DNA of 63,715 bases, counting the filler. It is 10 parts of 10 records of this genome, joined end to end, with 100 filler letters (N's around TTAATTAATTAA, not from the genome) between each part and the next. Parts side by side here need not be neighbours in the genome. Positions count along the whole stretch, not along the records: positions 29,511 to 36,909 come from SRR31147125_36695; positions 37,010 to 42,264 come from SRR31147125_36726; positions 42,365 to 52,614 come from SRR31147125_36744; 7 more parts are not named here. The stretch is one strand, 5' to 3'. The notes beneath the pieces are model-generated. The model saw only the letters and a program-made list of their open reading frames with translations. It did no database searches and had not been told where the DNA came from. Made by a program: the position numbers and the translations under genes. Every line of letters begins with the position of its first letter. Within the stretch, counting starts at the first letter, position 1. Positions 32,674 to 42,791 of this stretch are shown here, piece by piece.

Positions 32674-35600
32674 TTAATTTAGAACAACCACTTTAATGCG
32701 TCTATCTTCAACGAAGCGATATTTATTATTTGCATCAGAAATACTTAATTTGATTATATAGATTCCAGGTGGCACAGGAACATTTTTAGCATCAAGACCG
32801 TCCCAACTGACTATGTGTTGTCCGGCAGTATAGCTTCTTTGATGAACAGTTTTAACAGTTCTGCCCAACAAATCATAAACTCGATATTTCATCAATATAG
32901 TATTAAGAGTTACCAGCTGCAGTGACGTTGAATATGATGTCGGATTAGGATATGGAGCGGAAAGTGTATAATGATTAACTAACTTTTCCGGAGAATCGTC
33001 ACGCTCATTCACATTATTATTATTTTCGTCCTTTACAGCAACAAGAGTACCCTGGCCAGTAATCGATAAATTTCTAAATGCAGCACCCGAATTTTTCCAG
33101 CAATAAAATCCAACACTCCCACTAATTATTGTCTCATCGCGTATATCAAATATTCTCTTACGATTAAAATAAATTTTAATATTGCCATCCACAACAAAAA
33201 CGATAATGTTATAATATCTATTTAGTTGAAAAGGTAATTGCAATTCGGCAACAAGTGTGGCACTTCCGTTATGAATCTTTACTATGCGTTGATATTGTAA
33301 TTTCTTGTTCAGTGTATATCTATAATAGTTATCGTTATCTTGATAATGAAACATAACACCAAACTCGTCATCATCATTTGATTGCATGTCAAAGGAAATT
33401 TTATAGTTTGAACCATGAAATACATCCAGCCATATGTAGGTACCTGGTTTATAAAGCTCCTCTGCATCTGATGAGTTTTTCACTCCCCAGATATTGCTTG
33501 TTTGTATTAAAACACCGTTTATCGTTAGCCAGTCAGATGGATTCCCAATATTTCCTTCATCAACAATTGTCCATTCTGACAAATCATCTGATAGAAACGA
33601 ATCAGTATACAAATTTTCTATTATTGCCTGACTCTCGGCATCAAGTGGATCACTTGAAAAAATAATTTCATCACCATCCAATAAACCATCTTTATCTGAA
33701 TCAGCTACTAAATAATGGGTTTCATTTGCATCGGCAGCCCCATTTAAATTTTGATCTTCCTCACCATCAGACAAACAATCATTATCACTATCCCATAAAA
33801 GTGGATCAGAATTTGTTGTGGAATCTGTATCCGCAGTAAAGATATTTAGATCTGTTCCCTTTAAAGGTCCACTACCATCCGGATCTGCTATAATGCTCGT
33901 TTTTCCCTGCTCAATGCCATCACTCAACCCATCTTCATCGCTGTCAAATTGACTGGGCGAGGTTTCATTCTCATCGCGCTTCCCATCTTGATTTTTATCC
34001 TCTACACCATCCTTAATTCCATCATCATCTGAATCTATATCAAGAGGATCCGTATTAGCCGTAATTTCCATACCATCTTTTAATTCGTCATCATCAGTAT
34101 CTTCATCCAATGGATTTGTTTCCTCATCATCAAAACGACCATTATGATTAAAATCCTCCATTCCATCCACAATGTTATCAAAATCTGAATCAGGATTAAG
34201 AGGATCTGTAAGAGTAGAAGGGTCCTCATCCTTGTTAAATTTTTCAAGATCAGTAGCTCTCAGTTTTCCAGGACCGTCAGGATCAGCAACGGGTTCAACA
34301 ATACCAGTTTCCAAACCATCCGTTAATCCATCTCGATCAGAATCGGCTGATGATGGATTGGTTTCACCAACTTCCCAAAGTCCATTCCTATTTTCATCCT
34401 CGACACGATCCGCAATTCCATCATCATCTGAATCCAAATCTATCGGAGACATCCCGGCATGAATTTCCACGCCATCCAGGATAGCATCCCCATCGCTATC
34501 AGGATCATTGGGATCTGATTCATCAACATCAACCAGACCATCCGCGTTTTTATCCTCTTCTCCATCACTTGCTCTATCATTATCCGTATCAAATAAAAAA
34601 GGATCTGTTCGAGTCGTTGGATCTGCATCACCTATAAAGACATTCATATCAGTACCCTTATAGCCTGGGGGAGCTGTAATACCAACTGTACGACCCATCT
34701 CTACTCCATCCAATATACCATCAGAATCCGAGTCTGCGCTTTTTGGATCAGTTTCATAACTTTCAATCAAACCATTCTGATTTATATCTTCTTCACCATC
34801 AGCAAGTCCGTCGTCATCTGTATCTAAATCGGTAGGATCTGTTCCGGAAGACAGTTCAATATAATCCGGAACCAGATCACCATCCTCATCCGCAGGTGCT
34901 TGTAAACTTCCCACTGCTAATCGTAGATATCCCCGTGTATCATCATAGTAACTGATTACCGGCATACCCTCCGAATTTAAAGCAATTGAAGCCCATTCTC
35001 CGACTCTCCCAATGGTATCCACTGGCTCGATATACCAGCCATTATCTTTTTTAATAGCAATATTTAAATCGCCATTCAAATAATCAAAAAATGCAACAAT
35101 CGGATTTTCATGCTCATCAAGCACAATAGGATTTGGTGTAGAAAAAGTAGTCCACCCACTCAATTCAACGATATCTTCTACATTCCATGCACCTGGTTGT
35201 CCCCAGGCGAAACGCAATTGTCTACTGGACTGATTTTGAAAGCTGATAAAATAATTATTTTGTTGATCTCTTTTCATAGATGGATAATAACCTTGTTGAA
35301 CAACGCTCGTGGATTCTTCAATGGCTTCATAAACCCATTCGTTTTCAACAATTTGTGCAAAGACAAGATCACTTGTACCATCCCGCCAATAGATTGCGGT
35401 GGGTTGTTCTGCTTCCTCCACTAAAAGATCGTTCCATTTGCCGGTAAAAGCAGTACCATCGATGAGAACAGGATTTGGTAAAGTACCAGGTTCAGAAAAT
35501 GTAATATATGACAATTGATCAGCTTGAAATTCTCCGATGTAATCATAGGTTGGGGTATAAAGCATATGAAAATTATCAGTTGAATCAATTTGTAGAGCGA

Positions 35601-36057
35601 TATCATAATTTACATCAGGACGAATATTTAAAATCAATGTGGTACGTTTCCAACTCGCTCCATCGTAAAAGGCATACTTTATATTTTCACCGTTTTCAGC
35701 ATGATAAATAATATGCGGTTGGTTTAAGCTGTCAAAAGCCAGTGCAGCCTTACCTCCGCCCATAAAAGGTGTATTATCAATCACCTTGATGCTCCATTCC
35801 TCACCATTAAACCGTGCCAATTTTACAAATTGCATATTTGCCGCTTCCCTATAGATTATGGCAGGGAATCCATTTTTATCATAAACAAGCGAAATGTTTG
35901 TTCCCACTGGACCATTACTATCAATAACATAATAATACCAGTAGTATTGTGGAGAGGATTGTGCTGAAAGGATCAAAGGAGCTGATAAAATGGCAATAAT
36001 AGATACAATTATGGATGCATTTTTCATAGTAATCATGATCTCAAACTTTGATACCAC
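32674..36057 (-). CDS. Large secreted protein: beta-propeller, TSP3-like Ca-binding repeats, TSP-C/ConA-like lectin domain, FlgD/T9SS-type C-terminal domain
   Basis: Signal peptide, many DxDxDGxxDGxE motifs, DDDEFGVMFHYQDNDNYYR, YPNPT...YDLLGR...WDG. Confidence 0.85.
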   Translation of the reverse strand: MVSKFEIMITMKNASIIVSIIAILSAPLILSAQSSPQYYWYYYVIDSNGPVGTNISLVYDKNGFPAIIYREAANMQFVKLARFNGEEWSIKVIDNTPFMGGGKAALAFDSLNQPHIIYHAENGENIKYAFYDGASWKRTTLILNIRPDVNYDIALQIDSTDNFHMLYTPTYDYIGEFQADQLSYITFSEPGTLPNPVLIDGTAFTGKWNDLLVEEAEQPTAIYWRDGTSDLVFAQIVENEWVYEAIEESTSVVQQGYYPSMKRDQQNNYFISFQNQSSRQLRFAWGQPGAWNVEDIVELSGWTTFSTPNPIVLDEHENPIVAFFDYLNGDLNIAIKKDNGWYIEPVDTIGRVGEWASIALNSEGMPVISYYDDTRGYLRLAVGSLQAPADEDGDLVPDYIELSSGTDPTDLDTDDDGLADGEEDINQNGLIESYETDPKSADSDSDGILDGVEMGRTVGITAPPGYKGTDMNVFIGDADPTTRTDPFLFDTDNDRASDGEEDKNADGLVDVDESDPNDPDSDGDAILDGVEIHAGMSPIDLDSDDDGIADRVEDENRNGLWEVGETNPSSADSDRDGLTDGLETGIVEPVADPDGPGKLRATDLEKFNKDEDPSTLTDPLNPDSDFDNIVDGMEDFNHNGRFDDEETNPLDEDTDDDELKDGMEITANTDPLDIDSDDDGIKDGVEDKNQDGKRDENETSPSQFDSDEDGLSDGIEQGKTSIIADPDGSGPLKGTDLNIFTADTDSTTNSDPLLWDSDNDCLSDGEEDQNLNGAADANETHYLVADSDKDGLLDGDEIIFSSDPLDAESQAIIENLYTDSFLSDDLSEWTIVDEGNIGNPSDWLTINGVLIQTSNIWGVKNSSDAEELYKPGTYIWLDVFHGSNYKISFDMQSNDDDEFGVMFHYQDNDNYYRYTLNKKLQYQRIVKIHNGSATLVAELQLPFQLNRYYNIIVFVVDGNIKIYFNRKRIFDIRDETIISGSVGFYCWKNSGAAFRNLSITGQGTLVAVKDENNNNVNERDDSPEKLVNHYTLSAPYPNPTSYSTSLQLVTLNTILMKYRVYDLLGRTVKTVHQRSYTAGQHIVSWDGLDAKNVPVPPGIYIIKLSISDANNKYRFVEDRRIKVVVLN

Positions 36058-36198
36058 TGATTCTTTTGTTTAAAAACGTTCAATATATTAAATACATCAT
36101 AAAATTCACACAAGGGTATATTTTGTTAAAAGTCAGCGTTTATTAGATCTATGAATCCGTATATGTGAATTTTTTATAGAACATTTCGACAAACATAA

Positions 36199-36909
36199 TT
36201 AATTGGATATACTTTTTCGTTTAACTGTTATATTTAAAACTTTTAAAATCGATTGCCATATTTTATGTAAAAAAGAATCTACTTCAATAAAAGCCTCATT
36301 AATCAAAGGTCTGTCAAGTATCTTTCGAATAACCCAAAGCGAAATGAAATACGTCAAACCACTAATTCCAAGGGACCCAATCAAAATAAAAACAGGATTC
36401 AAGGCAAAAACGTGTGTTACTACCTTCTGAAAGCCCAATACCATTGCTGCCATAGCTAAACATGACAGTGTAGCTGGCAACAGGCTCTCAAAATACGTAA
36501 TAATTGAAATATTAATTTTTCGTTTCAAGAGTCTTAATAATAATATCCAATATATAAAAGCAGAACCAGTAACTCCCCACGTTACACCAGCAAGCCCACC
36601 TTGCGCGCCAATAATAACACCCATTACCAAAAGAATTAAATGAAAAAGTTGACGTTTAATCTCATCAAACAGAAATCCTTTAGCATCAATTAGAGATACT
36701 GCCGGAGCATCAATTGTATAAAAAAGTCCTGCAAGACAAATAATTTGTAAAGGTACGATAGTTGGTATCCACTTGGGCCCATAAAGTATGGATATAAGGT
36801 ATGGTGCCACGAGCAGCAAACATATTAATACCGGAAAAGTAGTGAGGGAAATTAAACAGCTTGATTTCATCAAACCTTTTACAAGTTGTTCCCGGTTATC
36901 CTGAATTTT
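36199..36909 (-). CDS. Wzx-type polysaccharide flippase, 5' truncated
   Basis: Multiple TM segments, LYGPKW...PLQII motif. Confidence 0.8.
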   Translation of the reverse strand, partial: KIQDNREQLVKGLMKSSCLISLTTFPVLICLLLVAPYLISILYGPKWIPTIVPLQIICLAGLFYTIDAPAVSLIDAKGFLFDEIKRQLFHLILLVMGVIIGAQGGLAGVTWGVTGSAFIYWILLLRLLKRKINISIITYFESLLPATLSCLAMAAMVLGFQKVVTHVFALNPVFILIGSLGISGLTYFISLWVIRKILDRPLINEAFIEVDSFLHKIWQSILKVLNITVKRKSISN

Positions 36910-37009
36910 NNNNNNNNNNNNNNNNNNNNNNNNNNNNNNNNNNNNNNNNNNNNTTAATTAATTAANNNNNNNNNNNNNNNNNNNNNNNNNNNNNNNNNNN
37001 NNNNNNNNN

Positions 37010-37297
37010 AAAAAAGGCGGCCCGGAGCTGATTTCCTGTCCGACATGCGGCCGTTGCCGGCTCGATCTTATAAATATAGCCGGCGAGGTCGAAAAAAGGC
37101 TCGAAGGGGACGAGCGGGACATCGTCGTGGCGGTAATGGGCTGCGCCGTTAACGGACCGGGCGAAGCGCGCCGCGCCGATTACGGCATTGCCGGGGGAGA
37201 CCGCGAAGGCGTCCTGTTCAAAAAAGGAGAGATTATTAAAAAAGCGCCGACGGACAAGCTGGTCGACGAGCTTTTTTTGTTAATCAACGAGACATAA
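37010..37297 (+). CDS. ispG: HMBPP synthase, 3' end
   Basis: ISCPTCGR...AVMGCAVNGPGEA; not in the ORF track. Confidence 0.95.
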   Translation, partial: KKGGPELISCPTCGRCRLDLINIAGEVEKRLEGDERDIVVAVMGCAVNGPGEARRADYGIAGGDREGVLFKKGEIIKKAPTDKLVDELFLLINET

Positions 37298-37306
37298 AAG
37301 AGAAAT

Positions 37307-37344
37307 ATAAGACGCTGATGAGTCGTTTTGGCACAGCGTCTTAT
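37307..37344. promoter_or_regulatory. 11-bp stem hairpin between ispG and polC
   Basis: ATAAGACGCTG / CAGCGTCTTAT. Confidence 0.5.
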
Positions 37345-37366
37345 TCACGCTGAAAGGGAGTTAGAG

Positions 37367-40300
37367 TTGAGCGCGCAAGAACACGTACCGTTTTATGAAA
37401 TGTTTTCCTGCTGCGCCCAGATGGGCGCACTGACCGCTATACTGCAAAAATCAAAGGTTGTATCGGCAACGGTGGATAAAGGAAAGCTGGCGATGAAGCT
37501 GACGCTTTTATTGCCGTCACCCGTTGCGCCGGTCGACATCGCCATGATTGAGGACGGAATCCGGGCGGAATTCTGCCTGCGGTCCGTCACGATATCGCCC
37601 GTTTATCCCATCGGTGAAAAAACGCTTGTACGGAAATCGGATAAAAAGAAAGCGGAAAACGTCGTCATTATGGGCCGGGATATCAAGTCCAGCGTCACGC
37701 CGATGGAAAAGGTTACGCTTGAGCTGGGGAGCGTAACGATCCGGGGCGAGGTATTTGATGTTTTGTCCCGGGAAATCGCCAAGCGCAACGCCTGGGTTTT
37801 CAGCTTTGACATGACGGACTATACCGGCTCGGTGCGCATTTCAAAATTCATGACCGACCCCAACGCCGGGGCGATCGTATCACAAATAAAAAAGGGCATG
37901 TATCTAACCGTTTCAGGCAAGCTGGGTATGAACCGGTACGACGGCGAGATGACTCTGGAGCCGACAAATATTGTGCGCGGCGAAAAGGAAACGCGCCAGG
38001 ATACAGCCGAGGAAAAACGCGTTGAGCTGCATTTACATACGAAGATGTCCGCAATGGACGCCGTTACCGACACGGCCGAGGTCGTTAAACGGGCCATTGC
38101 GTGGGGGCATCCGGCCATTGCCATTACAGACCATGGCGTTGTCCAGTCGTTTCCCGACGCGATGAAGGCCGCCGGTGATAAAATCAAGGTCCTGTATGGG
38201 CTGGAAGGCTATTACTATAACGACGTCGACGGCTCGCTGGCCGTGTTTGGCGCGTGCGCGGGCGGCTTTGACGAAGAGATTGTCGTCTTCGATATTGAGA
38301 CGACGGGCCTGTCGCCAACGCGGGACGGCATTACAGAAATCGGGGCCGTCATCATGAAAAACGGCGAGGAAATAGCCCGCTTTCAGACCTTTGCAGACCC
38401 GGGCATGCATATCCCGACTAATATCATGCAGCTTACCGGGATTTCCGACGAGGATGTAAAAGGCGCCCCCTCCCAGGAGGAAGCCGTCCGTGCATTCCTG
38501 GAATTTGCCGGCGGGCGCATGCTTGCAGCGCACAACGCCAGCTTCGATATCGGCTTTATTTACGAAGCCTGCTGCCGGTATCACGTAAATTTTGAGCCGC
38601 GGTACATAGACACGCTGGCCGCGTCCCGGGCGCTCTTAACGTCGCTCAAGAGCCACCGGCTTAACATCGTAGCCGAATTTCTGGCCTTGCCGGACTTTAA
38701 GCACCACCGCGCCTCCGATGACGCGGTGACAACCGGGCTCGTTTTAGTAAAGCTGTTTGAGCGGTTTAAGGCCGCCGGGGTGTCGGATATATCCGACATC
38801 AACGCCTACGTTACAAGCGTTCGCGCCGGCGTTTTAAAAGGGCGCTTCAAGCCCAAGCATATTATCATTCTTACGGCGACACAGCCCGGCATAAAAAATC
38901 TCTACAAGCTGGTGTCCAAAAGCCATCTGGAGTATTTCAGCCGGTATCCGATTATCCCGAAAAGTCTTCTTATGGCGCATCGGGAGGGCCTGATCATCGG
39001 CTCGGCCTGTGAGGCCGGAGAGATTTTTGGCGCGGTGGCGGACGGCGCCAGCCGGCTCGAGCAGCGCCGCCTGGCTGAGTTTTATGACTACCTGGAAATC
39101 CAGCCGCTGTGCAACAACTTCTTTATGCTCGACGGTGAGCGGCCGAAGGCGAGAAATATTGACGATCTCAAGACGTTTAACCGGCGCATCATCGAGCTTG
39201 GCCGCGAGACGGGAAAGCCCGTCGTGGCAACGTGCGACGCGCATTTTCTCGATCCGGAGGAGGAGGTCTTCCGGCACATCCTGCTCACGTCCAAGGAATT
39301 TGACGACGCCGACCGGGAGCTGCCGCTGTATTTCAGGACGACGGAGGAAATGCTCGACGAATTTACGTATCTCGGTAAAGAAACGGCCTATGAGGTCGTT
39401 GTGACGAATACGCGAAAAATTGCGGAGATGTGTGAAACGGTGCGGCCCCTGCCGCCGGCTAAAACCCTGTACGCGCCGAAAATTGAAAACAGCGCCGAGG
39501 ACCTGCGCAATATCGTCTATGGGCGTATGCACGAGCTGTACGGGGAGAACCCGCCCGAGCTCATTACAACGCGTGTTGAAACCGAGCTCGGCGATATCTT
39601 AAACCGGGGCTACGACGTTATTTACATGAGCGCGCAGAAGCTCGTGGCCGATTCTCTGGCGCACGGCTACCTCGTCGGCTCCCGAGGCAGCGTCGGCTCG
39701 TCGCTTGTGGCGTACATGTCGGGGATTACCGAGGTCAACGCGCTGCCGGCGCATTACCGCTGCGAGCAGTGCGGCCGGTCGGACTTTGAGTCCGGCAAAG
39801 GCTTTGGCTGCGGGTCTGACATGCCCGACAAAAACTGCCCTGACTGCAGCGTCCCTTACATGAAAGAGGGCTTTGACATCCCGTTTGAAACGTTTCTGGG
39901 CTTCGGCGGCGACAAGGTGCCCGATATCGACCTGAATTTCTCCGGCGAGTATCAGGCCAACGCCCACAAATACACCAACGAGCTGTTCGGGGCGGACCAC
40001 GTCTTCCGAGCCGGCACGATCGGTACGGTTGCTGAGAAAACAGCCTTTGGTTACGTTAAAAAATATATGGATAAGCGAGGCAAAATGGCCACGCGCGCCG
40101 AGGAAAACCGGCTTGCTCAAGGCTGCGTCGGCGTCAAGCGCACGACGGGGCAGCATCCCGGCGGCCTTGTCGTTATCCCGCAGGATATGGAGATTGCCGA
40201 TTTCTGCCCCGCACAGCACCCGGCTGACGACCGGCAGTCCGGCATCGTCACGACGCATTTTGATTACCACTGCATGGAGGACAACCTCTTAAAGCTCGAC

Positions 40301-41353
40301 GAGCTGGGTCACGACGACCCGACCATGATCAAGATGCTCGAGGACATGACGGGCGTTAACGCCCGGCGCATCCGGCTTGACGACCCGGAGACGATGGCGA
40401 TCTTCAAGTCACCCGAGCCGCTCGGCCTCATGCGCGGCGATGAAATCATCGGCGAGACCGGCTCCATCGGTATACCGGAATTCGGCACGGGCTTCACGCG
40501 CCAGATGCTGCGGGACACCCAGCCGGAGAAATTTGATACGCTCGTGCGTCTGTCGGGCTTCTCTCACGGTACGGACGTGTGGCTCGGGAACGCCAAGGAT
40601 ATAATTTTGAGCGGTACGGCCACGATCAGCGAAACGATCGGCTGCCGCGACGATATCATGCTGTATCTCATCTCCATGGGTATCCCCGAAAAGCGCGCGT
40701 TCAAGATCATGGAAGCCGTGCGGAAAGGGCGCGGGCTGCCGGAGGGCAGCGAGGAGGAGATGAAGGCCGCCGGTGTCCCCGAATGGTACATAACATCCTG
40801 CAAAAAGATTAAATACCTGTTTCCCAAGGCGCACGCCGTAGCGTACGTTATGATGGCGTTTCGCATCGCATGGTTCAAGGTGCATGAGCCGCTGGCCTTT
40901 TACAGCGCGTATTTTTACCGCCGCAGCCAGAAGGACGGTTTCGACGCCCAGTATATGGCGCAGGGGTTTGATGTGGCCAAGGCGAAGCTTCGGGAGCTTA
41001 AAAAGCAGGACACAACATCGGCGAAGGAAGACGACCTTTTAACGACGCTGGAGGCCTGCTACGAATTTTATATGCGCGGCTTTGAATTTGCAGAGATTGA
41101 TCTGTACGAGTCTGACGCCGTCAAGTTTAAAATCACGCCGGCCGGGAAGCTGCGTCCGCCGTTTGTGGCCGTCAGCGGTCTGGGCGAAACGGCCGCGCGG
41201 GACATTGTGGCAAACCGTGAAGGCCAGTCCTTCGTGTCCATCGAGGAGTTCTCCCGTTGCTGCCCGAAGGTGTCCAAAACGCACATCGAGCAGATGAAAA
41301 ATCTCGGCGCGCTCCGCGACCTGCCGGAAACCAGCCAGATGACGCTGTTTTAA
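37367..41353 (+). CDS. polC: DNA polymerase III, PolC type
   Basis: OB fold, PHP (ELHLHT, AITDH) with inserted exonuclease (DIETTG), GSRGS, Zn finger, PDIDLNF, FPKAHA; TTG start after GGGAG. Confidence 0.97.
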   Translation: MSAQEHVPFYEMFSCCAQMGALTAILQKSKVVSATVDKGKLAMKLTLLLPSPVAPVDIAMIEDGIRAEFCLRSVTISPVYPIGEKTLVRKSDKKKAENVVIMGRDIKSSVTPMEKVTLELGSVTIRGEVFDVLSREIAKRNAWVFSFDMTDYTGSVRISKFMTDPNAGAIVSQIKKGMYLTVSGKLGMNRYDGEMTLEPTNIVRGEKETRQDTAEEKRVELHLHTKMSAMDAVTDTAEVVKRAIAWGHPAIAITDHGVVQSFPDAMKAAGDKIKVLYGLEGYYYNDVDGSLAVFGACAGGFDEEIVVFDIETTGLSPTRDGITEIGAVIMKNGEEIARFQTFADPGMHIPTNIMQLTGISDEDVKGAPSQEEAVRAFLEFAGGRMLAAHNASFDIGFIYEACCRYHVNFEPRYIDTLAASRALLTSLKSHRLNIVAEFLALPDFKHHRASDDAVTTGLVLVKLFERFKAAGVSDISDINAYVTSVRAGVLKGRFKPKHIIILTATQPGIKNLYKLVSKSHLEYFSRYPIIPKSLLMAHREGLIIGSACEAGEIFGAVADGASRLEQRRLAEFYDYLEIQPLCNNFFMLDGERPKARNIDDLKTFNRRIIELGRETGKPVVATCDAHFLDPEEEVFRHILLTSKEFDDADRELPLYFRTTEEMLDEFTYLGKETAYEVVVTNTRKIAEMCETVRPLPPAKTLYAPKIENSAEDLRNIVYGRMHELYGENPPELITTRVETELGDILNRGYDVIYMSAQKLVADSLAHGYLVGSRGSVGSSLVAYMSGITEVNALPAHYRCEQCGRSDFESGKGFGCGSDMPDKNCPDCSVPYMKEGFDIPFETFLGFGGDKVPDIDLNFSGEYQANAHKYTNELFGADHVFRAGTIGTVAEKTAFGYVKKYMDKRGKMATRAEENRLAQGCVGVKRTTGQHPGGLVVIPQDMEIADFCPAQHPADDRQSGIVTTHFDYHCMEDNLLKLDELGHDDPTMIKMLEDMTGVNARRIRLDDPETMAIFKSPEPLGLMRGDEIIGETGSIGIPEFGTGFTRQMLRDTQPEKFDTLVRLSGFSHGTDVWLGNAKDIILSGTATISETIGCRDDIMLYLISMGIPEKRAFKIMEAVRKGRGLPEGSEEEMKAAGVPEWYITSCKKIKYLFPKAHAVAYVMMAFRIAWFKVHEPLAFYSAYFYRRSQKDGFDAQYMAQGFDVAKAKLRELKKQDTTSAKEDDLLTTLEACYEFYMRGFEFAEIDLYESDAVKFKITPAGKLRPPFVAVSGLGETAARDIVANREGQSFVSIEEFSRCCPKVSKTHIEQMKNLGALRDLPETSQMTLF

Positions 41354-41484
41354 CGGCCGATTATGCTCAAAGGGCGGACGACCAATGGCTGTCCCTGCCT
41401 AACGAACACCCAAAGCAATAAGCCGCCGGGAACCGGCGGTACAGCCCCCTGTAAGTAGACACCCAAATTAATAATTGCAATATA

Positions 41485-41508
41485 AAAACGCCCCGCATGG
41501 GGCGTTTT
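41485..41508. terminator. Bidirectional intrinsic terminator
   Basis: AAAACGCCCC-GCAT-GGGGCGTTTT between convergent genes. Confidence 0.8.
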
Positions 41509-41535
41509 ATAATATTAGTACTAATTACCAAGACA

Positions 41536-42264
41536 TTATTCAGTTGTTAAATTGCGGATATAGACTGGGTAAGAACCTGTGTTTGTTAGTGATACTGTTT
41601 CAATAGGCACTGTAAACCCTATGTCCATGTCTTTTATTGTTGTTGGTTCAATTATTTCTTCAAGAATAAAAGGTTCTCCCTCAATAAAAAGCGTCATTTG
41701 TGAAGTCGTTCCCGCATCAGTCTTTGCTTCAAATGTAATCCTGCTGACCTCAGGCGGCTCTGTCGGCAGTGGATAGCTTTCCCCGGCGCTAGAGGTATCC
41801 ATTCGTCGGGTTGCTCATACTCGGCTGAAATGCCATATATCCTTGCGCAGCCATTTGAAATTTCAATCCACTCAGTTCTGGCTTCTGTTGCAGGATAATT
41901 AACTGTCCATGTATAAGTGCCGGGCAAGGTGGGTATCGGTACAGTATCAAACTGAGTTTCATCAATATACAACGTACCAAATGCATTAGTGCCACCATCT
42001 TCCCATAGTACAGTAATACTTTTGAGGGGAAGCAGTAATATTTCTGTTATCTCATAAAGATCACCGGGACTCAGCCAACCTGGAGGGCATTGGCGAGCTT
42101 CAAACAAGCTGATCGCTTCAAGAACTTTCGCCAGTGCTTCTTCTTTTTTGGCCGCCGCCGTTATTAAGTTATAAGCAAAACGTATTTTCAGTTCGGGGCA
42201 GTGGGTATATCTCTCCGAAAGCTCTTGAAGCGTATCGCAAAAAAACACTCTGAGGCAGCGGATG
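41536..42264 (-). CDS. Hypothetical protein, 5' truncated (frameshift in G4 run at 41781-41784)
   Basis: One added G joins two ORFs (WIPLAPGESYPLPTE); helical N-part then beta-rich C-part. Confidence 0.55.
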
Positions 42265-42364
42265 NNNNNNNNNNNNNNNNNNNNNNNNNNNNNNNNNNNN
42301 NNNNNNNNTTAATTAATTAANNNNNNNNNNNNNNNNNNNNNNNNNNNNNNNNNNNNNNNNNNNN

Positions 42365-42755
42365 AATGGCATTAAGCGATAGAAAAGAAGAAGAGCAACT
42401 AAATAGAGAGTTTGCAAAACTTGGAATCAAAACAACTGCTGTTGATATTGGTGGTAAACTACCTGCTATGATTCCAAAAATAATAGAACATACACTGGTT
42501 GCATCAAAAAGAAAAGGTTTGATTCAAGATTGTCATGTACATGACGGAGCAGTAGCTGGAGCAATAAGAGAGGCTATCAGTCAAGTAAGTGATAAAACTA
42601 ATGGCTTAAGTGTAGGTGGGAAGGTAGGAATTGCTAGAAAAGGTGAGCATATTAGTACAGCTCTTTTCCTTAGTATCGGTTTACTTCACCTAAATGAAGT
42701 GGTTATGGCAGTTAGTCATCGATCTATTCCCGTATTAGACGGCGAGAATTTTTAA
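42365..42755 (+). CDS. hutP: HutP-family protein, probably 5' truncated
   Basis: AVDIGG, HDGAVAGAIREA, GGKVGIAR, GLLHLNE...HR. Confidence 0.8.
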
Positions 42756-42791
42756 AATAAATATAATGTGTGGAAGGTGTGAAAATAATAG

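Noticed and set aside
33630-34900. CRISPR or DNA tandem array
   Set aside because: The repeats are degenerate at DNA level and conserved only as protein Ca-binding motifs
37315-37356. Hammerhead ribozyme (CTGATGAG...GAAA) upstream of polC
   Set aside because: No GAAA directly after a stem II and no stem I/III pairing; a simple 11-bp hairpin explains the region
37393-41297. Long antisense and alternative-frame ORFs over polC (also over glcF and in contig 10)
   Set aside because: Shadow ORFs expected in GC-rich coding DNA; no motifs or RBS
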